This document shows positions 14,634-27,565 of a DNA stretch of 64,000 nt, in pieces. The stretch lies in NCBI GenBank assembly GCA_964016885.1, contig OZ024740.1, positions 54,746,001-54,810,000 on the forward strand, written 5' to 3'. A program made the translations under genes and the position numbers. Under the pieces are notes generated by a model. That model made no database searches, was not told the DNA's origin, and was given only the letters and a program-made list of their open reading frames with translations. Each line of letters begins with the position of its first letter. Position 1 is the stretch's first letter. Source of the stretch: Eledone cirrhosa. Lineage: Eukaryota.

Positions 14634-14699
14634 TATTTTATTATACATATTTCAAGGGCCAGCAAGGCAAATTATGGTGTGCTTTCATCAGATAAAATA
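14634..14699 (-). ncRNA. Type-I hammerhead ribozyme (same family as 11840), intact core
   Basis: TATTTTAT CTGATGA AAG...CTT GAAA TA tg TA TA ATAAAATA. Confidence 0.72.
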
Positions 14700-15178
14700 C
14701 AATACAGATTAGTTTTATAAATAAATATTGACACACCCTAATAATTTATAAATAAATATTGACATACCTCTAATCTGTTTAGTGCTTTATATCAGTTATA
14801 AAAAATGTTTAAGCTTGTTGAATCCCAACATGTGTGTGTATGCGTGTGTGTTTACGGACATGTAAGCAAATCAAATTTATGTATTTTCCTCTATGATTTG
14901 ACAATAGGGAATATTCTGCTTTCATTTTCTACATTAATTGTAGTCCTGATCAGAAAACAGATACCTCATTAGACAGACAAACAAACACACTCACACACAA
15001 ACACACAGATACACGCACAAACGTACAGACGCACGCGCCCACACACACACATGAACACATAGATACATGTTTTTTGGTGTCGTTTTCCTTCACTTCATAC
15101 GGCACCAGTTTGAAAAGTCTTTCGTTTTTATTTTTACTTTCTAATGTACTGGAAATATCAGACACCTGTTGAAGTTTC

Positions 15179-15371
15179 AATAATTGTTTCTACTTTAGGC
15201 ACAAGGCCAGCAATTATTCCAGTGTATTACTGGTACTTTATTTTATCGACCCCGTAAGGATGAAAGGCAAAGTTAACCTCGGCGCGATTTGAACTCAGTC
15301 CGTAAAGAGACGTAACTGTGCTGCAAAGCATGGCACCCGACCCTCTACCGATACTGCCAATTCACCGCCCT
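15179..15371 (-). mobile_element. tRNA-derived SINE
   Basis: Full-length; TSD tgttgaagtttcaataat at ~15167 and ~15372. Confidence 0.92.
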
Positions 15372-15799
15372 TGTTGAAGTTTCAATAATGATACTTAACT
15401 ACTCATTGCCTATGGCAGAATTTCGTCCCCCTTTTTCCTCAGCTTCAAGGCTCTCCTCAATACAGTGACATTTTGAGAATCAATGTTGAATTCGTTGACA
15501 GTCCCTGGGCCAACTTGTATTTCATATTGCAATAGTTTCCTACTATTTTATATGTGGAACTGATGCAATGCAATGTCTTGCTTTCGCTTGTGTACCATCT
15601 TTAACTAGACTACTTAAAACAAACAAGAATAAATAGTGAAAACAAAGACGTTAGTAGTAATCGACAGATCGAAGCATCATAGTGTATATATGCATTAAAC
15701 TTTGATGTAACAAGAACCGGAAATATTTCTGCATGCATACATGCATACATACATATATACATACATGCATACTTACCAACACACACGCACACACACACT

Positions 15800-15848
<49 letters not shown>

Positions 15849-16886
15849 ATTTAGTAAAACAAGAACGAATGGTTACTCCTTCGTTACTTTTATTGTTGGG
15901 TGACGCCCGTTTCGCTATTGAACAGCTCAAGGTTCTGTCTGTATCGATCCAGCTCGACTCTGTAATCAATGGGTCTTGGACCTCTGTGGTAGTATATATA
16001 TATATATTGGAAAAGTAAACAACAACAAGAAGGAGTACAGCTACGAAAGGTGTTAGGCATTAGGTTCACAATCCTTTATATATTACTGTTATCAACCTTT
16101 TTATTCCTATCTAATTCTATGGTATGTATTTTAATGTGATGTAAGTCCCTGGTTAACCAATTAGAAAATATGCCTCTATGTAGGATGTATCCATTTTCCT
16201 CGTGAGATTAAAAAAATTAATGTTTGCTTTGAAATTTATGTTTTATCAGTCTGTAGTTTTGTGTTGATGAGGAGAGTTTTCATGTTGGTGTAGTTCGTTT
16301 ATATTCTTAGTATGAGTTGTTGTTACAAGAGATGCATGTGTTTTGCTTTATGTGTTTTTCATGATCCATTCTATCACCAGCGTATTCTTCTTTCTTAATG
16401 TATAAGGAATATATGGTTTAGTACTGTTTTCTGAGTCATGCTTCTGTTGTATCTTTGTCACTAAATTTGTTTCTTATGCTGTCTGTAATAAGTTGATGTG
16501 ATATATGTAGCTAAGTATTATTTGTATTTAACTGTGATTTTCTTATTTAAATCTTTCTTACTCTATGAAGGGTTTCGATTACGCTATACGAGTCCATGAA
16601 AATGCATTTAAAAAAAATTCTCTGTAAACAGAACAGCTGTATATGTTATTTCTAATATATATATATGTATATATTGAAGAATTAGGTGGTTTTCAGGAGT
16701 GTTTGATATAATCGTGTGATGGATTATATACATCAATAGAGAATTTTTATGGAGATCCTCTTCAATCCAACCACCCTGTTCATCTGTCTGTCCTAATATG
16801 TATAAGTATATATGTGTGTGAGCGTCTATGTGTTTACCTGTGCGGGTGTCTATGTGTGTGTCTGTGTATGTGTGCACACACGTTTA

Positions 16887-16924
<38 letters not shown>

Positions 16925-18335
16925 TATACGTGTCTGTGTGTGTGTGTGTGAGTGTGTATTTAAGATGCTACGATATTCGAGTTTAATCTTTTTCATTAAT
17001 GATTTTTTAAAGTCTCTTATTAATTAATGAAGTTTACATTGTAAGAAAAATACATTGCTATATTTATTAATGTTTCGAGATCAAGCCTTACCTATATTGT
17101 AAAGGGACTGCTGCTAGTGGTGTATTAGTTGGGTCGCTACTTTTTATTAAGTAACATGTATTCGTGGGATAGAAGTTTTACCCGGACAAAATCATCCTCA
17201 CTGAATTTAAAATGTTTTATTATGGCTAAGTAACATTTTAGCGTAATAGTTATTAACTAGTGCCTGATTATACTTCTAACCTCCTTATTGAAGCGTGTCT
17301 TGGAGGTGGTAAATTATAATTTCAATCCAGATTGGATTTGATGATATTTATATATGTATATATACGAACACTCAGTTTTCCCGTTGGCGTTTGGTTTTAT
17401 TTTGTATATACTTTCATATTATATCAGTAGTTTTTCTATTCTTAAAAGTTGACATAAAAATGAGGTGATGGCGTTGCTTATGTTTCATATTTCATTAATG
17501 CTGAAGGGTAAATTTAGGGATGGAATTTGATTTGAGATATCTAATTTTTTCTGCTTGTTCTTGATTGCATTTCAAGGGGAATAAATTTCCAATATGCCGA
17601 GTATTTATTGTAAGATTATGTTCAGAAATAACTTTGTCTTCGAAGCTAGCGTAGTAGAAATACTCATCAGCGCATTCGACAGAACACATGACTAACAATA
17701 TCTAATGTATAGATTGCCTTATGGTTAACGGCATAAAATACAGTTGTGCAGGCCAAAATTAACTATTTCTGGTTATTTCGTGTCATATTAGATGTGTTTC
17801 TTTTATATATATGTAGCATGTCGTTTATTTCTGTCGTCATATATAGTTTTTAAAGAATCCACTTGTTAGCTAACTTGAACGAAGCGGGCAGAAATTAAAA
17901 GAAATTGTACAAGGATGATAGATAACTACGGACGTCTGGGACAAAATATTTCAGTGGAAGATGGCGGGTTAGGTGATGCGTAGAAATCAAACGAACGGAA
18001 ACAGATTACACTAAATAACGCCGTTGATAGAACTATTCAAGAAAGTATATCTAAACAAACCAATTTCTAGATCGAAATATTCGGGTAATGAGAAGCAAAG
18101 AAGGATGAGAAATCTTATAACAGATCTTATTTCAGATTTCTTTCTAGCTACCTTCCAACCATTTTTCGTTGACCTCTTTTAGGATTCATGTTCTTATTGT
18201 GAACCTTCATTAAATTGACAGAACAATCACTTGCTAACCAGTTAAAGTTTCCTTCTCGGTCGGAAAAAATGGAAACCAAGCTGTGTAATTGTTTCAACTC
18301 AGAAAGTAAAGGGAAGTTAATTTTGATGTAATCGA

Positions 18336-19025
18336 AAAAATGGAAAAAATGAAACGAAATTTCATTTCCCACTCTTAGTACGACTGTTACTTAAAAATAA
18401 GTATATATACATACATACATATATGTATACAGACACTACGGCTTAATACGGGATGTTTGTTTACAAACACACCGAGCATTATAATAAATGTTCGGTGAAT
18501 CAATACGTACATATATATATGTGTGCATGTATGTATATATATACATACTACTGTACGTCTGTATACATATATGTATGTACGTATACATACTTATATTTAA
18601 GTAACAGCCGTACTAAGAGTGGGAAATGAAATTTCGTTTCATTTTTTCCATTTATCGTTTTCAGTGCACCCGGCCGATTAACCCACTCGATATGCAAATT
18701 GGGCTACTCAACCGTTAATATGCATAAGGAAAGTATATACTTTCAGACGTTTAATCATCTGGCAGGAAGGTATACGTTGCTGAAGATAACTAATAAGCTT
18801 GAAACTAGTACAGCGTTACTTTGTCAGTGTTGAACAAACGAGCAACGATGGTTGCTAGACACTACGGCTTAATACGGGATGCTTATTTACAAACACAACG
18901 AGCATTATAATAAATGTTCGGTGAATCCATACGTACATATATATATGTGCATGTATGTATATATATATATACGTACGTCTGTATACATATATGTATGTAC
19001 GTATACATACTTATATTCATTTAAA
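18336..19025 (+). mobile_element. Penelope pLTR/retrozyme-like array: inverted fragment plus ~1.4 tandem copies of a ~428-bp unit
   Basis: agacactacggcttaatacgggatg at ~18430 and ~18857; 18336-18433 is the reverse complement of ~18557-18652; one hammerhead per unit. Confidence 0.8.
18774..18816 (+). ncRNA. Minimal type-I hammerhead ribozyme
   Basis: ACGTTG CTGAAGA TAAC taataa GCTT GAAA C ta G TA CAGCGT; palindromic ACTAGT helix III; one mismatch in helix II. Confidence 0.72.
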
Positions 19026-20339
19026 TATATTTTACATATCCAAATACATGGTATTGATTCACTTGATTTGTTTCCCTTATCTCATTATATTGTTTTCAAT
19101 TGGGCAAATTCTACTGAACAAAAATAATTTGAAACTTTTTGTCGATGTTAGAAATATGTCAACTGAGCAAATGGATGTGGCTTGTCTCTAATATAGCAAT
19201 GCGGTCTTGTAGACTGACAAATGTCCATAGTTATCACTCAGCTTCATAGAGACGTATAATTTGCTTTTCCTTAAACATGGAGATTATATTTTGAGTTTTG
19301 TTTCTAAATTTCATTAAGTGTTGGGTGTAATAGCTGCTCTGTTTGTGTTTTTACTTTATCCAATACAAATGGAAATTTTAATTAATTAGTGTTTCACGTC
19401 TGGTATTTAGTATATGACCCTTTAATATACTTTTACAAAATCACTTCATCGAGCGTATTTATCATATTATCCATTTTTCCTACTTCTGTTATAATGTATG
19501 CCCTTATTTTGTATATTCCTCATTGTGATTCATCATGCATCTGATAGAGAAAGTTTAGGACATGGAACGGAGAACGACGCTTATAATCATATTTGGGGCG
19601 GCGGAGGGGATCGTGACATTACTAAAAAAAGGATTATTTCTGAAGAAATTTTGCACATCGCTTATGAAATAACGTGATCGCTTTGACTACTAATATATAT
19701 TCCTAGGCTATTCCTGCTTTTTCTATTTCAAAGTTGCATGAAATCATTTTTGTTTATTTATTTCTCATATTATTTATACATTTTGTAATTTTGCTTTTAT
19801 CATATCGATTGTTTATCTATTTTATCGTGTATTTCACCATATTTTAGAACTGCTGCATGTTTATTAATTCGTGTTACTAAGTCGAGTGATATTTCCTAAA
19901 GACATATTGTAATGAGTTCATTAATTTTCACATACTCATTGCGTTTTCATGCAAAATCCTGGTTCGATTCCGACAAAAATGATTTTAATGAATGTCTTCA
20001 CGCTTAATGTTTTACAAATCAGTATTTCCCCACTTTCACTTGGAGGAATGTAAAGAGAAATGAGGAATTTAATTCTTGTGCACACTTCTGGGTTAAATCA
20101 AATATTAAAAAACAAAACGAAACAATAAACAACCAATACGTTTTAAATGAATAGTTGAATGCATGATTTCCATTTTATATCTTCCCCGTCTTTCTCCTCT
20201 CCCTCCTCATCATTATATGTCCTTCTTTTCTTTCCTCGTCGCATTGTTTTCCATTTTCTCGTCTTTGCTTAATGTTTTACCTCCTATAAACTTGATGTGG
20301 TTGTAGTTGTCCTCCTCCTCCCCTTCCTCCTCCTTCTTC

Positions 20340-20443
20340 TTCTCTTGTTCTTGTTCTTGTTCTTCTTGTTCATCTTCGTCTTCTTTTTCTTCTTCTTCTT
20401 CTTCTTCTTCTTCTTCTTCTTCTTCTTCTTCTTCTTCTTCTTC
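20340..20443. repeat. (CTT)n trinucleotide microsatellite
   Basis: Visible ttc/ctt run. Confidence 0.95.
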
Positions 20444-20610
20444 GCCATTATTCTACCACCTATAATATACCACTATCCCCATCTTCACCACCATTACCAA
20501 CATAAACTTATTCATCATTATCCTTCCCATCATGGCTATAAATATCTTCTCAACCATCTCCGTAATATCCTCTTCATAATCTATTACAAAATAATTGTAA
20601 ATATCATCAT

Positions 20611-20804
20611 AATAATTGTTTCTACTTTTGGCACAAAGCCAGCAATAATACACGGGTATTACTGGTACTTTATTTTTTCGACCCCGTAAGGAATAAAGGC
20701 AAAGTTAACCTCGGCGGGATTTGAACTCAGAATGGCAGGGGCCGTAACTCTTTGCTTGCAAAGCATGGCGTCAGACCCTCTACGGATACTGCCAATCCAC
20801 CGCC
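20611..20804 (-). mobile_element. tRNA-derived SINE
   Basis: Full-length; TSD taaatatcatcataataat. Confidence 0.92.
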
Positions 20805-21054
20805 TAAATATCATCATAATAATGTTTTCCTACTCCATATAATCATCATTATCAGCAGCAGCTTATTTCAACGTCAACGCCATCCCCATCGTTATGACGA
20901 CTCCCTTCATTCTAATCTATATCACCATCATCCTTTCCTCCCTGCTCATATCAGTTCTCGTCATCCTTCTCATCATCCATCATTCATCTTGTCCTACCCC
21001 CTACCCATCATTCCCACTTTCATCAGCGTCAATAAACATTGTCGTCATTCTATT

Positions 21055-21145
21055 CTTCGGCCCTTGCCATTCTGAGTTCAAATCCCGCCGAGGTTGACTT
21101 TGCCTTTCATCCTAACGGGGTGGATAAAATAAAGTACCAGTAATG
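21055..21145 (+). mobile_element. SINE fragment (B-box and central domain)
   Basis: ctgagttcaaatcccgccgaggttgactttgcctttcatcc...gtaccagt. Confidence 0.8.
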
Positions 21146-21175
21146 TGTCTGTGTGTCTGTGTGTCTATATGTATG

Positions 21176-21212
<37 letters not shown>

Positions 21213-21413
21213 GAGGGTCATATTTGTGTAAAAATATTGCCAGAATTATTAACAGAACACACTCACGATTTGGTTGGTTTTCGCTTCTGTGTCTTTTATA
21301 TCGGTTAATTTAATTTATTCGGTCCTCAATGTTACCATTGACTGACCAACGGTCAAAAATACAGATACAATATAGACACAAACACATATATATAGTCTAA
21401 CAAAGTTCTGTCG

Positions 21414-23500
21414 TTGCACCATGACCTTAGACGTTTCTGCCCCAGTAGACCCATAAGAGGTAGACCCATAACCTCAATGGCAAAAACGACTCCCATGGGA
21501 AGGTGGATTGGGTGGACCAAAGCTATACGGAGCCCCCAAAGCAATGATCAGGTAAGAAAAATGGTCGCATATGCAATAGGGGCTAGTACCATAACTACCC
21601 TAAAGAGCCATATATTCAAATTCAACGAGAAGATCTACACCCAAAATGAGGGCGCAGCCATTGGCGTCAGCATAGCTGGTGACGTTGCCAAACTTTTTAT
21701 GGTATGGTGGGAAAGGAGACTTAAAGATCTCCTTAATGAGAACTCCATAGACCTCATCATGTACTCTCGTTACGTAGACGATATAAATATAGTAATAAGG
21801 ACATCCCCACAAGAGAGTACTAACAAGTTTGATTTAGAACGTAGCACAATGGAAAGCATCGAGCAGATAGCTAATTCCATACACCAGAGTATAACTGTAA
21901 TTATCGATTACCCTTCCAAACACCCTAACAATAGACTACCTGTATTAGACACGGAACTCTGGATTAACATTATACACGAGAGAGCCCAAATTCTCCACTC
22001 ACACTATGCTAAACCCATGGCCTCCAAATAACTGATACACAAAAACTCAGCAATGTTCAGTAGTGGTAAGTTTAATATTCTGATCGCAGACTTGGTACGA
22101 GTGATAAAGAACGTGTCCCGCATGTGCGATGCAAAAGAGATGGAAAGACACATCCAACACTTCATCAACAGCATGCATTTCTCTGGCTACAAACAAAGAG
22201 ACAGAATCAGAGTATACGAAGGAGCCACGGAGAAGTATAAGACCCTCATAGATCTGGACATGAAAGGAATTTGCCCATTATACAGGAGCAAATCATGCAA
22301 TAACTTAGATAGGACTAGACATAAGATAGGGAAAGCCACCTCATGGTACGACAACCAGAGATACCAGAGTGTCATGTTTGTAGACGCTACCCCTGGAGGG
22401 AAATTAGCTAACCAGTGTAGAAAGGCGCTGAGAACGACCCACTTAAAGATAAAGGTGGTAGAAAAGCCAGGAACCACCATAAGATCCCTGATAAGCAAAA
22501 CCTACCCTTTTAAGAAAACCCACTGTACTAATAGGAAATGTATTATATGTAAAGTAAACCCCCGGATAAACTGTAAAACTAGAAACGTACAGAGGGTACT
22601 TGCAGAAACATGACGACAACATATATAGGCGAGACAGCTCGTAGCATAGGTGAAAGGATAGACCAACACTGGGGGGAACTAAAAAGACGAAAAAACGGTT
22701 CAATACTTTAAGAACATGCCAGACAACAACACGATGGTAACATAGACAACATAGAAATTAGAATAATATCTAAACATAGAAATGACCCAGTAGATAGGCA
22801 AATCAGAGAGGCCAGCGAAATAGAACTTAGAAGGCCAAGGCTAAACAGAAAAATTGAATGGAATAACAACAACACCCAAACAAACAACACTGACCTAAGA
22901 GAGGTATAAATAAATAAATAAATAAATACACAAGCACAATAACAACAAACACATATAAATACACACGAGTAAAACTAAGATAGAATACAATAACCAATAC
23001 ACAGTCACCGAAAGACCCACCTCAAGATTAAGGTGGTAGAAAAGCCAGGAACCACCATAAAATCCCTGATCAGCAAAACCTACCCTTTTAAGAAAACCCA
23101 TTGTACTAATAGGAAATGTATCATATGTAAGGTAAACCCCCGGATAAACTGTAAAACTAGAAACGTAGTCTATAGCATAAGATGTACAGAGGGTACTTGC
23201 AGAAACATGACAACAACATACATAGGCGAGACAGCTCGTAGCATAGGTGAAAGGATAGACCAACACTGGGGGGAAACTAAAAGGACGAAAAAAACGGTTC
23301 AGTACTATACGAACATGCCAGACAACAACACGACTGTAACATAGACAACATAGAAATTAGAATAATATCTAAACATAGAAATGACCCAGAAGATAGGCAA
23401 ATCAGAGAGGCCAGTGAAATAGAACTTAGAAGGCCAAGGCTAAACAGAAAGAATAAATGGAATAACAACAACACCCAAACAAACAACACTGACCTAAGAG
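21414..23500 (+). pseudogene. Frameshifted PLE polyprotein: RT, Cys-rich linker, GIY-YIG endonuclease (Naiad-like by motif resemblance)
   Basis: FKFNEKIYTQNEGAAIG, RYVDD, LPVLD, FVDATPGG, CTNRKCIIC...CKTRNVVYSIRC..C..YIGETARSIGERIDQH. Frameshift near 22030 and small deletion near 22587. Confidence 0.88.
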
Positions 23501-23754
23501 AAGTATAAATAAATAAATAGATAAATAAATAAATAAATACATACACAAGCACAATAACAACAAACACATATAAACACACACTAGTAAAGATAGAATACAT
23601 TAACCAATACACAGTCACCCAATCACGAACACACGTCAAACAAAACACTATAAACACACGCAAACGCATGCGCAGAGAAGACAAAAGACAAAATCAAATA
23701 AATAAATAAACAGACTAAATAAAGATGACGTAGGCATACATACAACATAATAGC

Positions 23755-23796
23755 ATCACTGACGATTTTGCAGATGTGCAACGAAAGAACTTTGTT
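23755..23796 (+). ncRNA. Type-I hammerhead ribozyme in the PLE 3' region
   Basis: ATCA CTGACGA T tTTGCA gatg TGCAAC GAAA G aa C TT TG; the consensus with 61685 gives helix II GTTGCA/TGCAAC and helix I ATCA/TGAT. Confidence 0.75.
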
Positions 23797-23838
23797 AGAC
23801 TATATATATGTGTTTGTGTCTATATTATATCTGTATAT

Positions 23839-23902
23839 ATTGCAACGGAAAGATAGGAAGAGACAAGTATATCATATCTCTTCCTATCTTTCCGTTGCAA
23901 TA
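23839..23902. repeat. Hairpin with ~24-bp arms abutting the PLE
   Basis: ttgcaacggaaagataggaagaga ... tctcttcctatctttccgttgcaa. Confidence 0.9.
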
Positions 23903-23964
23903 CCATCGTTGTTTGATTACATGTCTCGCTGGCTTCACCCTATTTTACTTGGCTCAATAACTTT

Positions 23965-24056
23965 ATTTAGTTATTGCTCGCACCAACCAGAGGTATATGA
24001 TTTTTAAAGCGATGACATACCAATGAAAGTTGGAAGATCACTGATGAAGGACTAAT

Positions 24057-24101
<45 letters not shown>

Positions 24102-24145
24102 TTATATATGTATATATATATATGTATATTTATATATGTATATAT

Positions 24146-24239
<94 letters not shown>

Positions 24240-24715
24240 GTGAGGTTTTTTTACAAAATGAAAAATAACCGAGGTGTCCTACAAGAGTGAAAGTATAAAG
24301 AAAAACCGATGAAATCGAAAATGCAACTTGAGACTTATTTCAAAAAATATATATATATTTATTTGGTTCCTTTACCGGTTTCTCAGTTCTTCTGCTTTTC
24401 AAAAGTAGTGCTGAGATAGAGGGTCTGTAGTTTTTCTCACATCTCTATACATATTTATACATATTTATACATATATATACATATATATATATATATATTT
24501 CGTTGCATTACCATATTTGTTTGTTTGTTTACTGTCTCGCTCGTTCCCCCTATTTACGTGTCCCAACGACATTCTTTAGCCGTTGCTCGCACCAACCAGA
24601 GGTATATGATCTTTAAAGCGATGAAATACCAATGAAGGCTGGAAGATCACTGATGAAGGACTAATTTTATTCATATGTAACCCATTTTCAACCACGCAGC
24701 ACGCCATTTTTTCAT
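23965..24715. repeat. Dispersed repeat, copies at ~23965-24062, ~24510-24712 and ~29580-29765
   Basis: Shared gttgctcgcaccaaccagaggtatatg...ggaagatcactgatgaaggac. Confidence 0.85.
24370..24405 (-). ncRNA. Minimal hammerhead, U3-A8 variant
   Basis: CTT TTGAAAA GCAG aagaa CTGa GAAA CCGG TA AAG; palindromic ACCGGT helix III. Confidence 0.6.
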
Positions 24716-24890
24716 ATATATATATATATATATATATTGTATAACCATTGTAACACGCAATAAACAGAGTCCAGATGCATCACTGATTTTCGTTTTTTTT
24801 ATACTATTCACACTCTGCTCTGTATGAATATTGAGTGCTAATTTTGGCATACCGCCTATAGAAGCACCATAGCTACCATTATACACACGC

Positions 24891-24917
<27 letters not shown>

Positions 24918-24922
<5 letters not shown>

Positions 24923-25240
24923 TGGGCCCTTAGCCTTTGTCAAGGCAGAATTCTAGGAGAAGGAAAACTCTGATATAACACCTGCAACCCTGATGGTATC
25001 CAATGATGTTGACTTGTTCTTCTTTTTGGTAAATATCATCTTGGTTAAGAGAGTGGGACTGGCTTTGTGCAGTGCCTTTGCTCACTATAAAAGCTTCCCG
25101 ACACAGGCATATCTGGAGATCTCTCTGCACTTGTCGTCACATGGTACCACGGGCCCAGCACTATGTGTAAGTAATTGTCACAAGTGTAGACTTTGTACCA
25201 GAGTTTTCAAGTCGCTGGCTGGACTAAAAAGTAGATTACA
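24918..25240 (+). mobile_element. RTE-derived non-autonomous element
   Basis: 5'UTR-like GGAGAAGGAAAACTCTGAT..ACC plus a 3' remnant encoding CRLCTRVFKSLAGLKS (RTE C-terminal C2H2-like). Confidence 0.6.
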
Positions 25241-25444
25241 GTAGTAATTTCGGCAAAAATTTTGCTCAACAAATAATTTGAATTTATATATCTACCGACA
25301 TATGTATACAGATGCATACCTATGCTAGCAGATATATATGTTTTGTCTTAATAACTTTGTGGTTCTATGCAGGGGTATGTAGAACAATTATATGAAAGAC
25401 GTAAATAAGAAAGTTATGAAAATTGACTTACTTACTAAAATTTC

Positions 25445-25523
25445 ACTCCAACTAATTAGTTTCTGTAAGGGGATAAATATAGTTACGTAATAACTATAGA
25501 GAAGCCTTACGTCATCAGGGAGT
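25445..25523 (-). ncRNA. Type-I hammerhead ribozyme (inverted twin of 26031)
   Basis: Reverse complement of 26031-26109. Confidence 0.8.
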
Positions 25524-26030
25524 CTATTCTCGGCTAAGCTTCCAGGCAATGCGGGGACACTGGGAACTTATATAAAAATAATTCAGTGAATGGAAAAAAG
25601 CGAGCGGGACTAGATTCCAAGCCATTGAAAAATTCACTGCCTTCTTGGTCAAGTGGCAAATTCAAAAGAATCAATCACGTGACACTGAGGTTAACCAGCT
25701 TGGAGTGGGGGTGCTATTAAGATACATATGTCGGTAGATATATTAATTCTTTATAATTATCTCCAAATTATTTGTTGAGCAAAATTCTTGCCGAATTTAC
25801 TACTGTGACTGATACTAGTGGCTAGGCTCTATCTTAATAGCACCCCCACTCCAAGCTGGTTAACCTCAGTGTCACGTGATTGATTCTTTTGAATTTGCCA
25901 CTTGACCAAGAAGGCAGTTAATTTTTCAATTGCTTGGAATCTAGTCCCGCTCGCCTTTTTCCATCCACTGAATTATTTTTATATAAGTTCCCAGTGTCCC
26001 CGCATTGCCTGGAAGCTTAGCCGAGAATAG

Positions 26031-26109
26031 ACTCCCTGATGACGTAAGGCTTCTCTATAGTTATTACGTAACTATATTTATCCCCTTACAGAAACTAATT
26101 AGTTGGAGT
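26031..26109 (+). ncRNA. Type-I hammerhead ribozyme with extended helix II
   Basis: ACTCC CTGATGA c GTAAGG [..TATAGTTA ttacg TAACTATA..] CCTTAC a GAAA CTA at TAG TT GGAGT: 5-bp helix I, palindromic ACTAATTAGT helix III, GUU site. Confidence 0.82.
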
Positions 26110-26272
26110 GAAATTTTAGTAAGTCAATTTTCATAACTTTCTTATTTACGTCTTTCATATAATTGTTCTGCATACCCCTGCATAGAACCACAAAGTTATT
26201 AAGACAAAACATATATATCTGCTAGCATAGGTATGCATCTGTATACATATGTCGGTAGATATATTAATTCTT

Positions 26273-26374
<102 letters not shown>

Positions 26375-26388
26375 TGCATATATATATA

Positions 26389-26428
<40 letters not shown>

Positions 26429-27384
26429 TATATAGTGACGAAATAAGTCAATTGCATGAACTAATAATCCTTTAGTTACTGCTATATATATTTCGATGAT
26501 AGCCATTGAATGGATATGACCTCATGAGGCAGTTAGTCAGTTCTTAGATATGCCAGCTCTGTGTTTATAGTGTTGATGGTATCACAGCCTTGGGACATAT
26601 GATCTTGTTAGGAATAATTTAATGTTGTCATCAGGAATAGTCTTAATACTCATTGGTCAGTTTGTAAATGCTAGTAGGGTTGGTATTTGACCTCAAAGAG
26701 GCAGGTGGTGTTGTATTGTTCAAACCGTCAGGCAAGATGACAATAGTTCCATATGACTGATTTTCACAAAAAGCATTCCTGATCAGATATATATTTGATT
26801 AAGGTTAATAGTATGACATAGATACTACAGGTCATTCTTAAATTGAGGAATTTATGTGGAGTGGTGCTACTGAAAATTATGGTGAGAATAGAAAATTTAC
26901 AAATAAAAAGACTTATGTAGGTTGGCTTGGACGTACGCTCACACCCACCTCCACAGACACACACACACATCCACACATACACATTGAGGAATTAATATGG
27001 GGTGGTAATACTTAAAATAATGGTTAGAGTCAAATACTTAGATAGTTTAGAATATTTAGAAATAAAAGGCTTATGCTGGTTGACTTGTACATACACTCAC
27101 ACCTACCCCATCAGACACACACACATCTACACACACAAATCCATACAGGTGTGTAAGTATATATATATATGTACGCACAAGTATATATATATATATATAA
27201 AATATACATACATATAAAATACACACATATATAAAATATACATACATATATATATATATATAAAATACACATATATATATACATATATATATGCAAGTTA
27301 CAGCTCGTGTAAAATATTGAAATAAGCGATTTACATCTTTAGTTTAGCCGTGAAGAGCAGCGTTCTCTCATTATTTTAGTTAGT

Positions 27385-27565
27385 ATTGGCAGTATCGGTA
27401 GAGAGTCGGACGCCATGCTTTCCAGCATAGTTACGTCCCTTTACGATCTGAGTTCAAATCCCGCTGAGGTTGACTTTGCCTTTCATCCTTACAGGGTCGA
27501 TAAAATAAAGTACCAGTAATACACTGCGTAATTGCTGGCCTTGTGCCTAAAGTAGAAACAATTAT
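27385..27565 (+). mobile_element. tRNA-derived SINE
   Basis: TSD attattttagttagtatt on both sides. Confidence 0.92.

Larger units (their letters stand above)
21208..23840 (+). mobile_element. Penelope-like element (RT + GIY-YIG), 5'-truncated, with inverted 5' pLTR and partial tandem duplication
   Basis: 21208-21418 is the inverted 3' tail (matches the reverse complement of 23775-23838 and 62150-62360). ~23015-23515 duplicates ~22435-22910. Hammerhead in the 3' region. Confidence 0.9.

Noticed and set aside
15895-15940. Hammerhead-like GCTGT/ATAGC-GAAA-CGGGCG-TC on the minus strand (similar relics at ~915-1000, 53936-53968 and 57575-57625)
   Set aside because: The core strand or GAAA is too degraded to call; at most fossils of the same class.
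22500-23800. Possible selenoprotein (UGA-Cys plus SECIS), as reported for some Naiad PLEs
   Set aside because: All visible zinc-finger cysteines are TGT/TGC. The ATGA..GA pattern near 23725-23765 is weak and reads ATGG in the other copies.
24640-24700. CTGATGA in the 23965/24510/29580 repeat as a hammerhead core
   Set aside because: No downstream helix II plus GAAA in any copy; a minus-strand alternative needs several core mutations.
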